A DNA stretch of 64,000 nucleotides from Nemertoderma westbladi. Its lineage: Eukaryota > Animalia > Xenacoelomorpha. A program made the position numbers and the translations under genes. Position 1 is the first letter of the stretch. Each line of letters starts with the position of its first letter. A model generated the notes under the pieces. It worked only from the letters and a program-made list of their open reading frames with translations, ran no database searches and was not told the DNA's origin. Location: contig JAUCBJ010006157.1 of assembly GCA_032718475.1 (NCBI GenBank), positions 39,264 through 103,263 of the forward strand. Reading direction: 5' to 3'. Positions 1-12,335 of this stretch are shown here, one piece after another.

Positions 1-3000
1 GCTATCTGTTATCTGGTAATTCACCAGTAAGTTCCTATACTGCTATCTGTTATCTGGTAGTTCACCAGTAAGTTCCTCTACTGCTATCAGTTATCTGGTA
101 GTTCACCGGTAAGTTCCTCTACTGCTATCTGTTATCTGGTAGTTCACCAGTAACTTCCTCTACTGCTATCTGTTATCTGGTAGTTCACCAGTAACTTCCT
201 CTACTGCTATCTGTTATCTGGTAGTTCACCAGTAACTTCCTCTACTGCTATCTGTTATCTGGTAGTTCACCGGTAAGTTCCTCTACTGCTATCAGTTATC
301 TGGTAGTTCACCAGTAAGTTCCTCTACTGCTATCAGTTATCTGGTAGTTCACCGGTAAGTTCCTCTACTGCTATCTGTTATCTGGTAGTTCACCAGTAAG
401 TTCCTCTACTGCTATCAGTTATCTGGTAGTTCACCAGTAACTTCCTCTACTGCTATCTGTTATCTGGTAGTTCACCAGTAACTTCCTCTACTGCTATCTG
501 TTATCTGGTAGTTCACCAGTAACTTCCTCTACTGCTATCTGTTATCTGGTAGTTCACCGGTAAGTTCCTCTACTGCTATCAGTTATCTGGTAGTTCACCA
601 GTAACTTCCTCTACTGCTATCTGTTATCTGGTAGTTCACCAGTACGTCCCTCTACTGCTATCTGTTGTCTGGTAGTTCACCAGTAAGTTCCTCTACTGCT
701 ATCTGTTGTCTGGTAGTTCACCAGTAACTTCCTCTACTGCTATCTGTTATCTGGTAGTTCACCAGTAACTTCCTCTACTGCTATCTGTTATCTGGTAGTT
801 CACCAGTAACTTCCTCTACTGCTATCTGTTATCTGGTAGTTCACCAGTAACTTCCTCTACTGCTATCTGTTATCTGGTAGTTCACCAGTAACTTCCTCTA
901 CTGCTATCTGTTATCTGGTAGTTCACCGGTAAGTTCCTCTACTGCTATCAGTTATCTGGTAGTTCACCAGTAAGTTCCTCTACTGCTATCAGTTATCTGG
1001 TAGTTCACCGGTAAGTTCCTCTACTGCTATCTGTTATCTGGTAGTTCACCAGTAACTTCCTCTACTGCTATCTGTTATCTGATAGTTCACCAGTAAGTTC
1101 CTCTACTGCTATCTGTTATCTGGTAGTTCACCAGTAAGTTCCTCAACTGCTATCTGTTATCTGGTAATTCACCAGTAAGTTCCTCTACTGCTATCTGTTA
1201 TCTGGTAGTTCACCAGTACGTCCCTCTACTGCTATCAGTTATCTGGTAGTTCACCAGTAACTTCCTCTACTGCTATCTGTTGTCTGGTAGTTCACCAGTA
1301 ACTTCCTCTACTGCTATCTGTTGTCTGGTAGTTCACCAGTAACTTCCTCTACTGCTATCTGTTGTCTGGTAGTTCACCAGTACTTCCTCTACTGCCATCT
1401 GTTATCTGGTAGTTCACCAGTAAGTTCCTCAACTGCTATCTGTTATCTGGTAGTTCACCAGTAAGTTCCTCAACTGCTATCTGTTATCTGGTAGTTCACC
1501 AGTAAGTTCCTCAACTGCTATCTGTTATCTGGTAATTCACCAGTAAGTTCCTCAACTGCTATCAGTTATCTGGTAGTTCACCAGTAAGTTCCTCAACTGC
1601 TATCTGTTATCTGGTAGTTCACCAGTAAGTTCCTCTACTGCTATCAGTTATCTGGTAGTTCACCAGTAAGTTCCTCAACTGCTATCTGTTATCTGGTAGT
1701 TCACCAGTAAGTTCCTCAACTGCTATCTGTTATCTGGTAATTCACCAGTAAGTTCCTCAACTGCTATCTGTTATCTGGTAATTCACCAGTAAGTTCCTCT
1801 ACTGCTATCTGTTGTCTGGTAGTTCACCAGTAACTTCCTCTACTGCTATCTGTTGTCTGGTAGTTCACCAGTACTTCCTCTACTGCCATCTGTTATCTGG
1901 TAGTTCACCAGTAAGTTCCTCAACTGCTATCTGTTATCTGGTAGTTCACCAGTAAGTTCCTTAACTGCTATCTGTTATCTGGTAATTCACCAGTAAGTTC
2001 CTATACTGCTATCTGTTATCTGGTAGTTCACCAGTAAGTTCCTCTACTGCTATCAGTTATCTGGTAGTTCACCGGTAAGTTCCTCTACTGCTATCTGTTA
2101 TCTGGTAGTTCACCAGTAACTTCCTCTACTGCTATCTGTTATCTGGTAGTTCACCAGTAACTTCCTCTACTGCTATCTGTTATCTGGTAGTTCACCAGTA
2201 ACTTCCTCTACTGCTATCTGTTATCTGGTAGTTCACCGGTAAGTTCCTCTACTGCTATCAGTTATCTGGTAGTTCACCAGTAAGTTCCTCTACTGCTATC
2301 AGTTATCTGGTAGTTCACCGGTAAGTTCCTCTACTGCTATCTGTTATCTGGTAGTTCACCAGTAAGTTCCTCTACTGCTATCAGTTATCTGGTAGTTCAC
2401 CAGTAACTTCCTCTACTGCTATCTGTTATCTGGTAGTTCACCAGTAACTTCCTCTACTGCTATCTGTTATCTGGTAGTTCACCAGTAACTTCCTCTACTG
2501 CTATCTGTTATCTGGTAGTTCACCGGTAAGTTCCTCTACTGCTATCAGTTATCTGGTAGTTCACCAGTAACTTCCTCTACTGCTATCTGTTATCTGGTAG
2601 TTCACCAGTACGTCCCTCTACTGCTATCTGTTGTCTGGTAGTTCACCAGTAAGTTCCTCTACTGCTATCTGTTGTCTGGTAGTTCACCAGTAACTTCCTC
2701 TACTGCTATCTGTTATCTGGTAGTTCACCAGTAACTTCCTCTACTGCTATCTGTTATCTGGTAGTTCACCAGTAACTTCCTCTACTGCTATCTGTTATCT
2801 GGTAGTTCACCAGTAACTTCCTCTACTGCTATCTGTTATCTGGTAGTTCACCAGTAACTTCCTCTACTGCTATCTGTTATCTGGTAGTTCACCGGTAAGT
2901 TCCTCTACTGCTATCAGTTATCTGGTAGTTCACCAGTAAGTTCCTCTACTGCTATCAGTTATCTGGTAGTTCACCGGTAAGTTCCTCTACTGCTATCTGT

Positions 3001-5171
3001 TATCTGGTAGTTCACCAGTAACTTCCTCTACTGCTATCTGTTATCTGATAGTTCACCAGTAAGTTCCTCTACTGCTATCTGTTATCTGGTAGTTCACCAG
3101 TAAGTTCCTCAACTGCTATCTGTTATCTGGTAATTCACCAGTAAGTTCCTCTACTGCTATCTGTTATCTGGTAGTTCACCAGTACGTCCCTCTACTGCTA
3201 TCAGTTATCTGGTAGTTCACCAGTAACTTCCTCTACTGCTATCTGTTGTCTGGTAGTTCACCAGTAACTTCCTCTACTGCTATCTGTTGTCTGGTAGTTC
3301 ACCAGTAACTTCCTCTACTGCTATCTGTTGTCTGGTAGTTCACCAGTACTTCCTCTACTGCCATCTGTTATCTGGTAGTTCACCAGTAAGTTCCTCAACT
3401 GCTATCTGTTATCTGGTAGTTCACCAGTAAGTTCCTCAACTGCTATCTGTTATCTGGTAGTTCACCAGTAAGTTCCTCAACTGCTATCTGTTATCTGGTA
3501 ATTCACCAGTAAGTTCCTCAACTGCTATCAGTTATCTGGTAGTTCACCAGTAAGTTCCTCAACTGCTATCTGTTATCTGGTAGTTCACCAGTAAGTTCCT
3601 CTACTGCTATCAGTTATCTGGTAGTTCACCAGTAAGTTCCTCAACTGCTATCTGTTATCTGGTAGTTCACCAGTAAGTTCCTCAACTGCTATCTGTTATC
3701 TGGTAATTCACCAGTAAGTTCCTCAACTGCTATCTGTTATCTGGTAATTCACCAGTAAGTTCCTATACTGCTATCTGTTATCTGGTAGTTCACCAGTAAG
3801 TTCCTCTACTGCTATCTGTTATCTGGTAGTTCACCAGTAACTTCCTCTACTGCTATCTGTTATCTGGTAGTTCACCAGTAACTTCCTCTACTGCTATCTG
3901 TTATCTGGTAGTTCACCAGTACGTCCCTCTACTGCTATCTGTTATCTGGTAATTCACCAGTAAGTTCCTCAACTGCTATCTGTTATCTGGTAATTCACCA
4001 GTAAGTTCCTATACTGCTATCTGTTATCTGGTAGTTCACCAGTAAGTTCCTCTACTGCTATCTGTTATCTGGTAGTTCACCAGTAACTTCCTCTACTGCT
4101 ATCTGTTATCTGGTAGTTCACCAGTAACTTCCTCTACTGCTATCTGTTATCTGGTAGTTCACCAGTAACTTCCTCTACTGCTATCTGTTATCTGGTAGTT
4201 CACCAGTACGTCCCTCTACTGCTATCTGTTGTCTGGTAGTTCACCAGTAACTTCCTCTACTGCTATCTGTTATCTGGTAGTTCACCAGTAACTTCCTCTA
4301 CTGCTATCTGTTATCTGGTAGTTCACCTGTACCTTCCTCTACTGCTATCTGTTATCTGGTAGTTCACCAGTAACTTCCTCTACTGCTATCTGTTATCTGG
4401 TAGTTCACCAGTAACTTCCTCTACTGCTATCTGTTATCTGGTAGTTCACCAGTAACTTCCTCTACTGCTATCTGTTGTCTGGTAGTTCACCAGTAACTTC
4501 CTCTACTGCTATCTGTTATCTGGTAGTTCACCTGTAACTTCCTCTACTGCTATCTGTTATCTGGTAGTTCACCAGTACGTCCCTCTACTGCTATCTGTTG
4601 TCTGGTAGTTCACCAGTAACTTCCTCTACTGCTATCTGTTATCTGGTAGTTCACCAGTAACTTCCTCTACTGCTATCTGTTATCTGGTAGTTCACCAGTA
4701 ACTTCCTCTACTGCTATCTGTTGTCTGGTAGTTCACCAGTAACTTCCTCTACTGCCATCTGTTATCTGGTAGTTCACCAGTAACTTCTTCTACTGCTATC
4801 TGTTATCTGGTAGTTCACCAGTAACTTCCTCTACTGCTATCTGTTATCTGGTAGTTCACCAGTAACTTCCTCTACTGCTATCTGTTATCTGGTAGTTCAC
4901 CAGTAAGTTCCTCAACTGCTATCTGTTATCTGGTAGTTCACCAGTAACTTCCCCTACTGCTATCTGTTGTCTGGTAGTTCACCAGTAAGTTCCTCTACTG
5001 CTATCTGTTATCTGGTAGTTCACCAGTAACTTCCTCTACTGCCATCTGTTATCTGGTAGTTCACCAGTAACTTCTTCTACTGCTATCTGTTATCTGGTAG
5101 TTCACCTGTAACTTCCTCTACTGCTATCTGTTATCTGGTAATTCACCTGTAAGTCCATCTACTGCTGTCTG
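1..5171. repeat. 41-bp intronic satellite, ~126 copies (CTGCTATCTGTTATCTGGTAGTTCACCAGTAAGTTCCTCTA), truncated by window start
   Basis: GCTATCTG recurs at 1, 42, 83 etc.; variants GTAAGT/GTAACT/GTACGT; rare variants recur with a 1966-bp period (GATAG at 1081 and 3047). Confidence 0.97.
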
Positions 5172-5286
5172 GCTGTTTATTTTAAAATTTTCGTGTTAGC
5201 CGGTAATTAACTATATTATTATCAGAAAACACTTTATTTCATTGTACATTCTTCGTGTTTTGGGTTATAATTATTTTCGTTTTCAG

Positions 5287-5373
5287 GTGAAACGATACGC
5301 CAACTAGCGTCAATATCGGAATCCCTTCTCCTTCACTATGATTACATGGTGGTTATTGATGATGTTATTGGCA
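5287..5373 (+). CDS. CCDC180: CCDC180-like gene, internal exon (phase 1/1): ETIRQLASISESLLLHYDYMVVIDDVIG
   Basis: tttcag acceptor and GTAAGT donor; the peptide resembles, from memory, the LA..E..LL..D.VV.IDDV segment of the CCDC180 C-terminal region (DUF4456). Confidence 0.75.
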
Positions 5374-5402
5374 GTAAGTATAATATTATAATAAACACTA
5401 AA

Positions 5403-5524
5403 GGCGCGCTCGCACTCACCGGTGCGACAGCGGTAAACTACCCGTCGATAGGTAGTTTGGTCCCAACCCAAAGGTTCGCGGTGCCGGTAGTTTATCGCTG
5501 ACGCACCAGTGAATGTGAACGGCA
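5403..5524. mobile_element. Small palindromic MITE (Harbinger-like) in intron
   Basis: GCTCGCACTCACCGGTGCGACAGCGGTAAACTACC is an imperfect inverted repeat of GGTAGTTTATCGCTGACGCACCAGTGAATGTGAAC. Confidence 0.5.
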
Positions 5525-5671
5525 GGTTCGCTAGTTAATAATTAAAGTTTAAAATTACCAATGAATTAATGTAGACTGTAATTCAATAGTGTAATCAATA
5601 ATAAATCATGAATAATAAGTGCGGGAGTCTTATGCCTTGATATTAAAATATAAATATTACAATTAAATTAT

Positions 5672-5720
5672 TATATCCAATACGCATTTCGGGCGTCACG
5701 CCCGTCTTCAGGGCTATTTA
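5672..5720 (-). ncRNA. Degenerate minimal type I hammerhead ribozyme motif (Penelope-like element remnant)
   Basis: Minus strand reads ATAGCC-CTGAAGA-C-GGGCG-TGA-CGCCC-GAAA-TGCGTA: CUGANGA box, stem II, GAAA box and a minimal stem III ending in GUA; stem I imperfect. Confidence 0.5.
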
Positions 5721-5803
5721 AAAACACAACAGAACAAATTTAAATAGTGCCCAAATGTTTTAAGTTACAGTAATTAACTGCGATTATTTTATTTTTATTT
5801 CAG

Positions 5804-5897
5804 AAATATTAAATGTAAAATTAAAAACCGAAGAATTAGTTAGAAGGAAAACGTTAGGAGAATCTCTAACATCTACGGCGGTTCCGGTACCAATTCG
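5804..5897 (+). CDS. CCDC180: CCDC180-like gene, internal exon (phase 1/2): KILNVKLKTEELVRRKTLGESLTSTAVPVPIR
   Basis: tttcag acceptor at 5803, CG|GTTAGT donor; phases match the exons at 5287 and 14377. Confidence 0.7.
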
Positions 5898-8800
5898 GTT
5901 AGTAACTGAGATTCCTGTACCAATTCGGTTAGTAACTGAGGTTCCTGTACCAATTCGGTTAGTAACTGAGGTTCCTGTACCAATTCGGTTAGTAACTGAG
6001 GTTCCTGTACCAATTCGGTTAGTAACTGAGGTTCCTGTACCAATTCGGTTAGTAACTGAGGTTCCTGTACTAATTCGGTTAGTAACTGAGGTTCCTCTAC
6101 CAATTCGTTTAGTAACTGAGGTTCCTGTACCAATTCGTTTAGTAACTGAGGTTCCTGTACCAATTCGGTTAGTAACTGAGTTTCCTGTACCAATTCGGTT
6201 AGTAACTGAGGTTCCTGTACCAATTCGGTTAGTAACTGAGGTTCCTGTACCAATTCGGTTAGTAACTGAGGTTCCTGTACCAATTCGGTTAGTAACTGAG
6301 GTTCCTGTACCAATTCGGTTAGTAACTGAGGTTCCTGTACCAATTCGGTTAGTAACTGAGGTTCCTGTACCAATTCGGTTAGTAACTGAGGTTCCTGTAC
6401 CAATTCGGTTAGTAACTGAGGTTCCTGTACCAATTCGGTTAGTAACTGAGGTTCCTGTACCAATTCGGTTAGTAACTGAGGTTCCTCTACCAATTCGTTT
6501 AGTAACTGAGGTTCCTGTACCAATTCGGTTAGTAACTGAAGTTCCTGTACCAATTCGGTTAGTAACTGAGGTTCCTGTACCAATTCGGTTAGTAACTGAG
6601 TTTCCTGTACCAATTCGGTTAGTAACTGAGGTTCCTGTACCAATTCGGTTAGTAACTGAGGTTCCTGTACCAATTCGGTTAGTAACTGAGGTTCCTGTAC
6701 CAATTCGGTTAGTAACTGAGGTTCCTGTACCAATTCGGTTAGTAACTGAGTTTCCTGTACCAATTCGGTTAGTAACTGAGGTTCCTATCCCAATTCGGTT
6801 AGTAACTGAGGTTCCTGTACCAATTCGGTTAGTAACTGAGGTTCCTGTACCAATTCGGTTAGTAACTGAGGTTCCTGTACCAATTCGGTTCGTAACTGAG
6901 GTTCCTGTACCAATTCGGTTAGTAACTGAGGTTCCTGTACCAATTCGGTTAGTAACTGAGGTTCCTGTACCAATTCGGTTAGTAACTGAGGTTCATGTAC
7001 CAATTCGGTTAGTAACTGAGGTTCCTGTACCAATTCGGTTAGTAACTCAGGTTCCTGTACCAATTCGGATAGTAACTGAGGTTCCTGTACCAATTCGGTT
7101 AGTAACTGAGGTTCCTGTACCAATTCGGTTAGTAACTGAGGTTCCTCTACCAATTCGGTTAGTAACTGAGGTTCCTGTACCAATTCGGTTAGTAACTGAG
7201 GTTCCTCTACCAATTCGGTTAGTAACTGAGGTTCCTGTACCAATTCAGTTAGTAACTGAGGTTCCTGTACCAATTCGGTTAGTAACTGAGGTTCCTGTAC
7301 CAATTCGGTTAGTAACCTGTACCAATTCGGTTAGTAACTGAGGTTCCTGTACCAATTCGGTTAGTAACTGAGGTTCCTGTACCAATTCGGTTAGTAACTG
7401 AGGTTCCTGTACCAATTCGGTTAGTAACTGAGGTTCCTGTACCAATTCGTTTAGTAACTGAGGTTCCTGTACCAATTCGTTTAGTAACTGAGGTTCCTCT
7501 ACCAATTCGTTTAGTAACTGATGTTCCTGTACCAATTCGGTTAGTAACTGAGTTTCCTGTACCAATTCGGTCAGTAACTGAGGTTCCTGTACCAATTCGG
7601 TTAGTAACTGAGTTTCCTGTACCAATTCGGTTAGTAACTGAGGTTCCTGTACCAATTCGGTTAGTAACTGAGTTTCCTGTACCAATTCGGTTAGTAACTG
7701 AGGTTCCTGTACCAATTCGGTTAGTAACTGAGGTTCCTGTACCAATTCGGTTAGTAACTGAGGTTCCTGTACCAATTCAGTCAGTAACTGAGGTTCCTGT
7801 ACCAATTCGGTTAGTAACTGAGGTTCCTGTACCAATTCGGTTAGTAACTGAGGTTCCTGTACCAATTCGGTTAGTAACTGAGGTTCCTGTACCAATTCGG
7901 TTAGTAACTGAGGTTCCTGTACCAATTCGTTTAGTAACTGAGGTTCCTGTACCAATTCAGTTAGTAACTGAGGTTCCTCTACCAATTCGTTTAGTAACTG
8001 AGGTTCCTGTACCAATTCGGTTAGTAACTGAGGTTCCTGTACCAATTCGGTTAGTAACTGAAGTTCCTGTACCAATTCTGGTAGTAACTGGGTTCGTTCC
8101 TGTACCAATTCGGTTAAAAACTGAGGTTCCTGTACCAATTCGGTTAGTAACTGAGGTTCCTGTACCAATTCTGGTAGTAACTGGGTTCGTTCCTGTACCA
8201 ATTCGGTTAGTAACTGAGGTTCCTGTACCAATTCGGTTAGTAACTGAGGTTCCTGTACCAATTCGGTTAGTATCTGAGGTTCCTGTACCAATTCGGTTAG
8301 TAACTGAGGTTCCTGTACCAATTCGGTTAGTAACTGAGGTTCCTGTACCAATTCGGTTAGTAACTGAGGTTCCTCTACCAATTCGTTTAGTAACTGAGGT
8401 TCCTGTACCAATTCGGTTAGTAACTGAGGTTCCTGTACCAATTCGGTTAGTAACTGAGGTTCCTGTACCAATTCTGGTAGTAACTGGGTTCGTTCCTGTA
8501 CCAATTCGGTTAGTAACTCAGGTTCCTCTACCAATTCGTTTAGTAACTGAGGTTCCTGTACCAATTCGGTTAGTAACTGAGGTTCCTGTACCAATTCGGT
8601 TAGTAACTGAGGTTCCTGTACCAATTCGGTTAGTAACTGAGGTTCCTCTACCAATTCGTTTAGTAACTGAGGTTCCTGTACCAATTCAGTTAGTAACTGA
8701 GGTTCCTGTACCAATTCGGTTAGTAACTGAGGTTCCTGTACCAATTCGGTTAGTAACTGAGGTTTCTGTACCAATTCGGTTAGTAACTCAGGTTCCTCTA

Positions 8801-11731
8801 CCAATTCGTTTAGTAACTGAGGTTCCTGTACCAATTCAGTTAGTAACTGAGGTTCCTCTACCAATTCGTTTAGTAACTGAGGTTTCTGTACCAATTCGGT
8901 TAGTATCTGAGGTTCCTGTACCAATTCGGTTAGTAACTGAGGTTCCTGTACCAATTCGGATATTAACTGAGGTTCCTGTACCAATTCGGTTAGTAACTGA
9001 GGTTCCTCTACCAATTCGTTTAGTAACTGAGGTTCCTGTACCAATTCAGTTAGTAACTGAGGTTCCTCTACCAATTCGTTTAGTAACTGAGGTTTCTGTA
9101 CCAATTCGGTTAGTATCTGAGGTTCCTGTACCAATTCGGTTAGTAACTGAGGTTCCTGTACCAATTCGTTTAGTAACTGAGGTTCCTGTACCAATTCAGT
9201 TAGTAACTGAGGTTCCTGTACCAATTCGTTTAGTAACTGAGGTTCCTATCCCAATTCGGTTAGTAACTGAGGTTCCTGTACCAATTCGGTTAGTAACTGA
9301 GGTTCATGTACCAATTCGGTTAGTAACTGAGGTTCCTCTACCAATTCGGTTAGTAACTGAGGTTCCTGTATCAATTCAGTTAGTAACTGAGGTTCCTGTA
9401 CCAATTCGGTTAGTAACTGAGGTTCCTGTACCAATTCGTTTAGTAACTGAGGTTCCTCTACCAATTCGTTTAGTAACTGAGGTTCCTGTACCAATTCGGT
9501 TAGTAACTGAGGTTCCTGTACCAATTCGGTTAGTAACTGAGGTTCCTGTACCAATTCGTTTAGTAACTGAGGTTCCTGTACCAATTCAGTTAGTAACTGA
9601 GGTTCCTCTACCAATTCGTTTAGTAACTGAGGTTCCTGTACCAATTCGGTTAGTAACTGAGGTTCCTGTACCAATTCGGTTAGTAACTGAAGTTCCTGTA
9701 CCAATTCTGGTAGTAACTGGGTTCGTTCCTGTACCAATTCGGTTAAAAACTGAGGTTCCTGTACCAATTCGGTTAGTAACTGAGGTTCCTGTACCAATTC
9801 TGGTAGTAACTGGGTTCGTTCCTGTACCAATTCGGTTAGTAACTGAGGTTCCTGTACCAATTCGGTTAGTAACTGAGGTTCCTGTACCAATTCGGTTAGT
9901 ATCTGAGGTTCCTGTACCAATTCGGTTAGTAACTGAGGTTCCTGTACCAATTCGGTTAGTAACTGAGGTTCCTGTACCAATTCGGTTAGTAACTGAGGTT
10001 CCTCTACCAATTCGTTTAGTAACTGAGGTTCCTGTACCAATTCGGTTAGTAACTGAGGTTCCTGTACCAATTCGGTTAGTAACTGAGGTTCCTGTACCAA
10101 TTCTGGTAGTAACTGGGTTCGTTCCTGTACCAATTCGGTTAGTAACTCAGGTTCCTCTACCAATTCGTTTAGTAACTGAGGTTCCTGTACCAATTCGGTT
10201 AGTAACTGAGGTTCCTGTACCAATTCGGTTAGTAACTGAGGTTCCTGTACCAATTCGGTTAGTAACTGAGGTTCCTCTACCAATTCGTTTAGTAACTGAG
10301 GTTCCTGTACCAATTCAGTTAGTAACTGAGGTTCCTGTACCAATTCGGTTAGTAACTGAGGTTCCTGTACCAATTCGGTTAGTAACTGAGGTTTCTGTAC
10401 CAATTCGGTTAGTAACTCAGGTTCCTCTACCAATTCGTTTAGTAACTGAGGTTCCTGTACCAATTCAGTTAGTAACTGAGGTTCCTCTACCAATTCGTTT
10501 AGTAACTGAGGTTTCTGTACCAATTCGGTTAGTATCTGAGGTTCCTGTACCAATTCGGTTAGTAACTGAGGTTCCTGTACCAATTCGGATAGTAACTGAG
10601 GTTCCTGTACCAATTCGGTTAGTAACTGAGGTTCCTCTACCAATTCGTTTAGTAACTGAGGTTCCTGTACCAATTCAGTTAGTAACTGAGGTTCCTCTAC
10701 CAATTCGTTTAGTAACTGAGGTTTCTGTACCAATTCGGTTAATATCTGAGGTTCCTGTACCAATTCGGTTAGTAACTGAGGTTCCTGTACCAATTCGTTT
10801 AGTAACTGAGGTTCCTGTACCAATTCAGTTAGTAACTGAGGTTCCTGTACCAATTCGTTTAGTAACTGAGGTTCCTATCCCAATTCGGTTAGTAACTGAG
10901 GTTCCTGTACCAATTCGGTTAGTAACTGAGGTTCATGTACCAATTCGGTTAGTAACTGAGGTTCCTCTACCAATTCGGTTAGTAACTGAGGTTCCTGTAT
11001 CAATTCAGTTAGTAACTGAGGTTCCTGTACCAATTCGGTTAGTAACTGAGGTTCCTGTACCAATTCGTTTAGTAACTGAGGTTCCTCTACCAATTCGTTT
11101 AGTAACTGAGGTTCCTGTACCAATTCGGTTAGTAACTGAGGTTCATGTACCAATTCGGTTAGTAACTGAGGTTCCTGTACCAATTCGGTTAGTAACTGAG
11201 GTTCCTGTACCAATTCGGTTAGTAACTGAGGTTCGTGTACCAATTCGGTTAGTAACTGAGGTTCCTCTACCAATTCGGTTAGTAACTGAGGTTGCTGTAC
11301 CAATTCAGTTAGTAACTGAGGTTCTTGTACCAATTCGGTTAGTAACTGAGGTTCCTGTACCAATTCGGTTAGTAACCTGTACCAATTCGGTTAGTAACTG
11401 AGGTTCCTGTACCAATTCGGTTAGTAACTGAGGTTCCTGTACCAATTCTGGTAGTAACTGAGGTTCCTGTACCAATTCGGTTAGTAACTGAGGTTCCTGT
11501 ACCAATTCGGTTAGTAACTGAGGTTCCTGTACCAATTCGGTTAGTAACTGAGGTTCCTCTACCACTTCTGTTAGTAACTGAGGTTCCTGTACCAATTCGG
11601 TTAGTAACTGAGGTTCCTGTACCAATTCGGTTAGTAACTGAGGTTCCTGTACCAATTCGGTTAGTAACTGAGGTTCCTCTACCACTTCTGTTAGTAACTG
11701 AGGTTCCTGTACCAATTCGGTTAGTAACTGA
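5881..11731. repeat. 30-bp satellite, ~195 copies (GTTCCTGTACCAATTCG|GTTAGTAACTGAG), built from the exon end plus 5' splice site
   Basis: Unit equals the last 17 nt of exon 5804-5897 plus the first 13 nt of the intron; 33-bp and 22-bp variants; 1629-bp higher-order duplication. Confidence 0.97.
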
Positions 11732-12335
11732 AACATTATTTGTAATTGAAATGATATAGAATGATTATTGTGGCATTAAATAGTACATGGTGATAGCCGT
11801 TGTAGTTTAATGTACTTTATATCCCGAGTGTTCACAGCTTCCGCCCAATTATACTTCCAGACCCATTATTACCTTTAGTGTGATATACCTTCGAAATATA
11901 AATTTTGATTCAGCATGTAATATTCTAGATAATAAACGAAATATAAGTTTTGTGAGTTGTAATTTAAACTTATATTTCATTTTTATGTAACAGTAATAAA
12001 ATGTCAATTAATTTTTCCATTAAATTGCGTTAAATGGTTCCAAAATTAGTAATGATGTTGTTTTCGGCTATATAAACATAACAATCCTTAACATATCAAC
12101 TTTTTACCGGCCTGTGTCACACCCCCCACCCCTACCTAATAATTTTCAAGTTTCAATTAAATTCAACAAAATTTGGTATTATCAAGTTTTTATTTATTTA
12201 AAGACAACAAGGCACTAAAATTTGATATTTAGATAGAGATACCTTTTCACATATTGTTCGGCTTTATTTTTCTTCTTTGGAATTTAATGTAGAAATCATT
12301 TGAACTGAGTCGGAATTTCAAGGATTGCCTTGTAA

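Noticed and set aside
5873-11736. Long minus-strand ORFs of (LVQEPQLLTE)n
   Set aside because: By-product of a stop-free 30-bp satellite, mostly with non-ATG starts, antisense within a CCDC180 intron.
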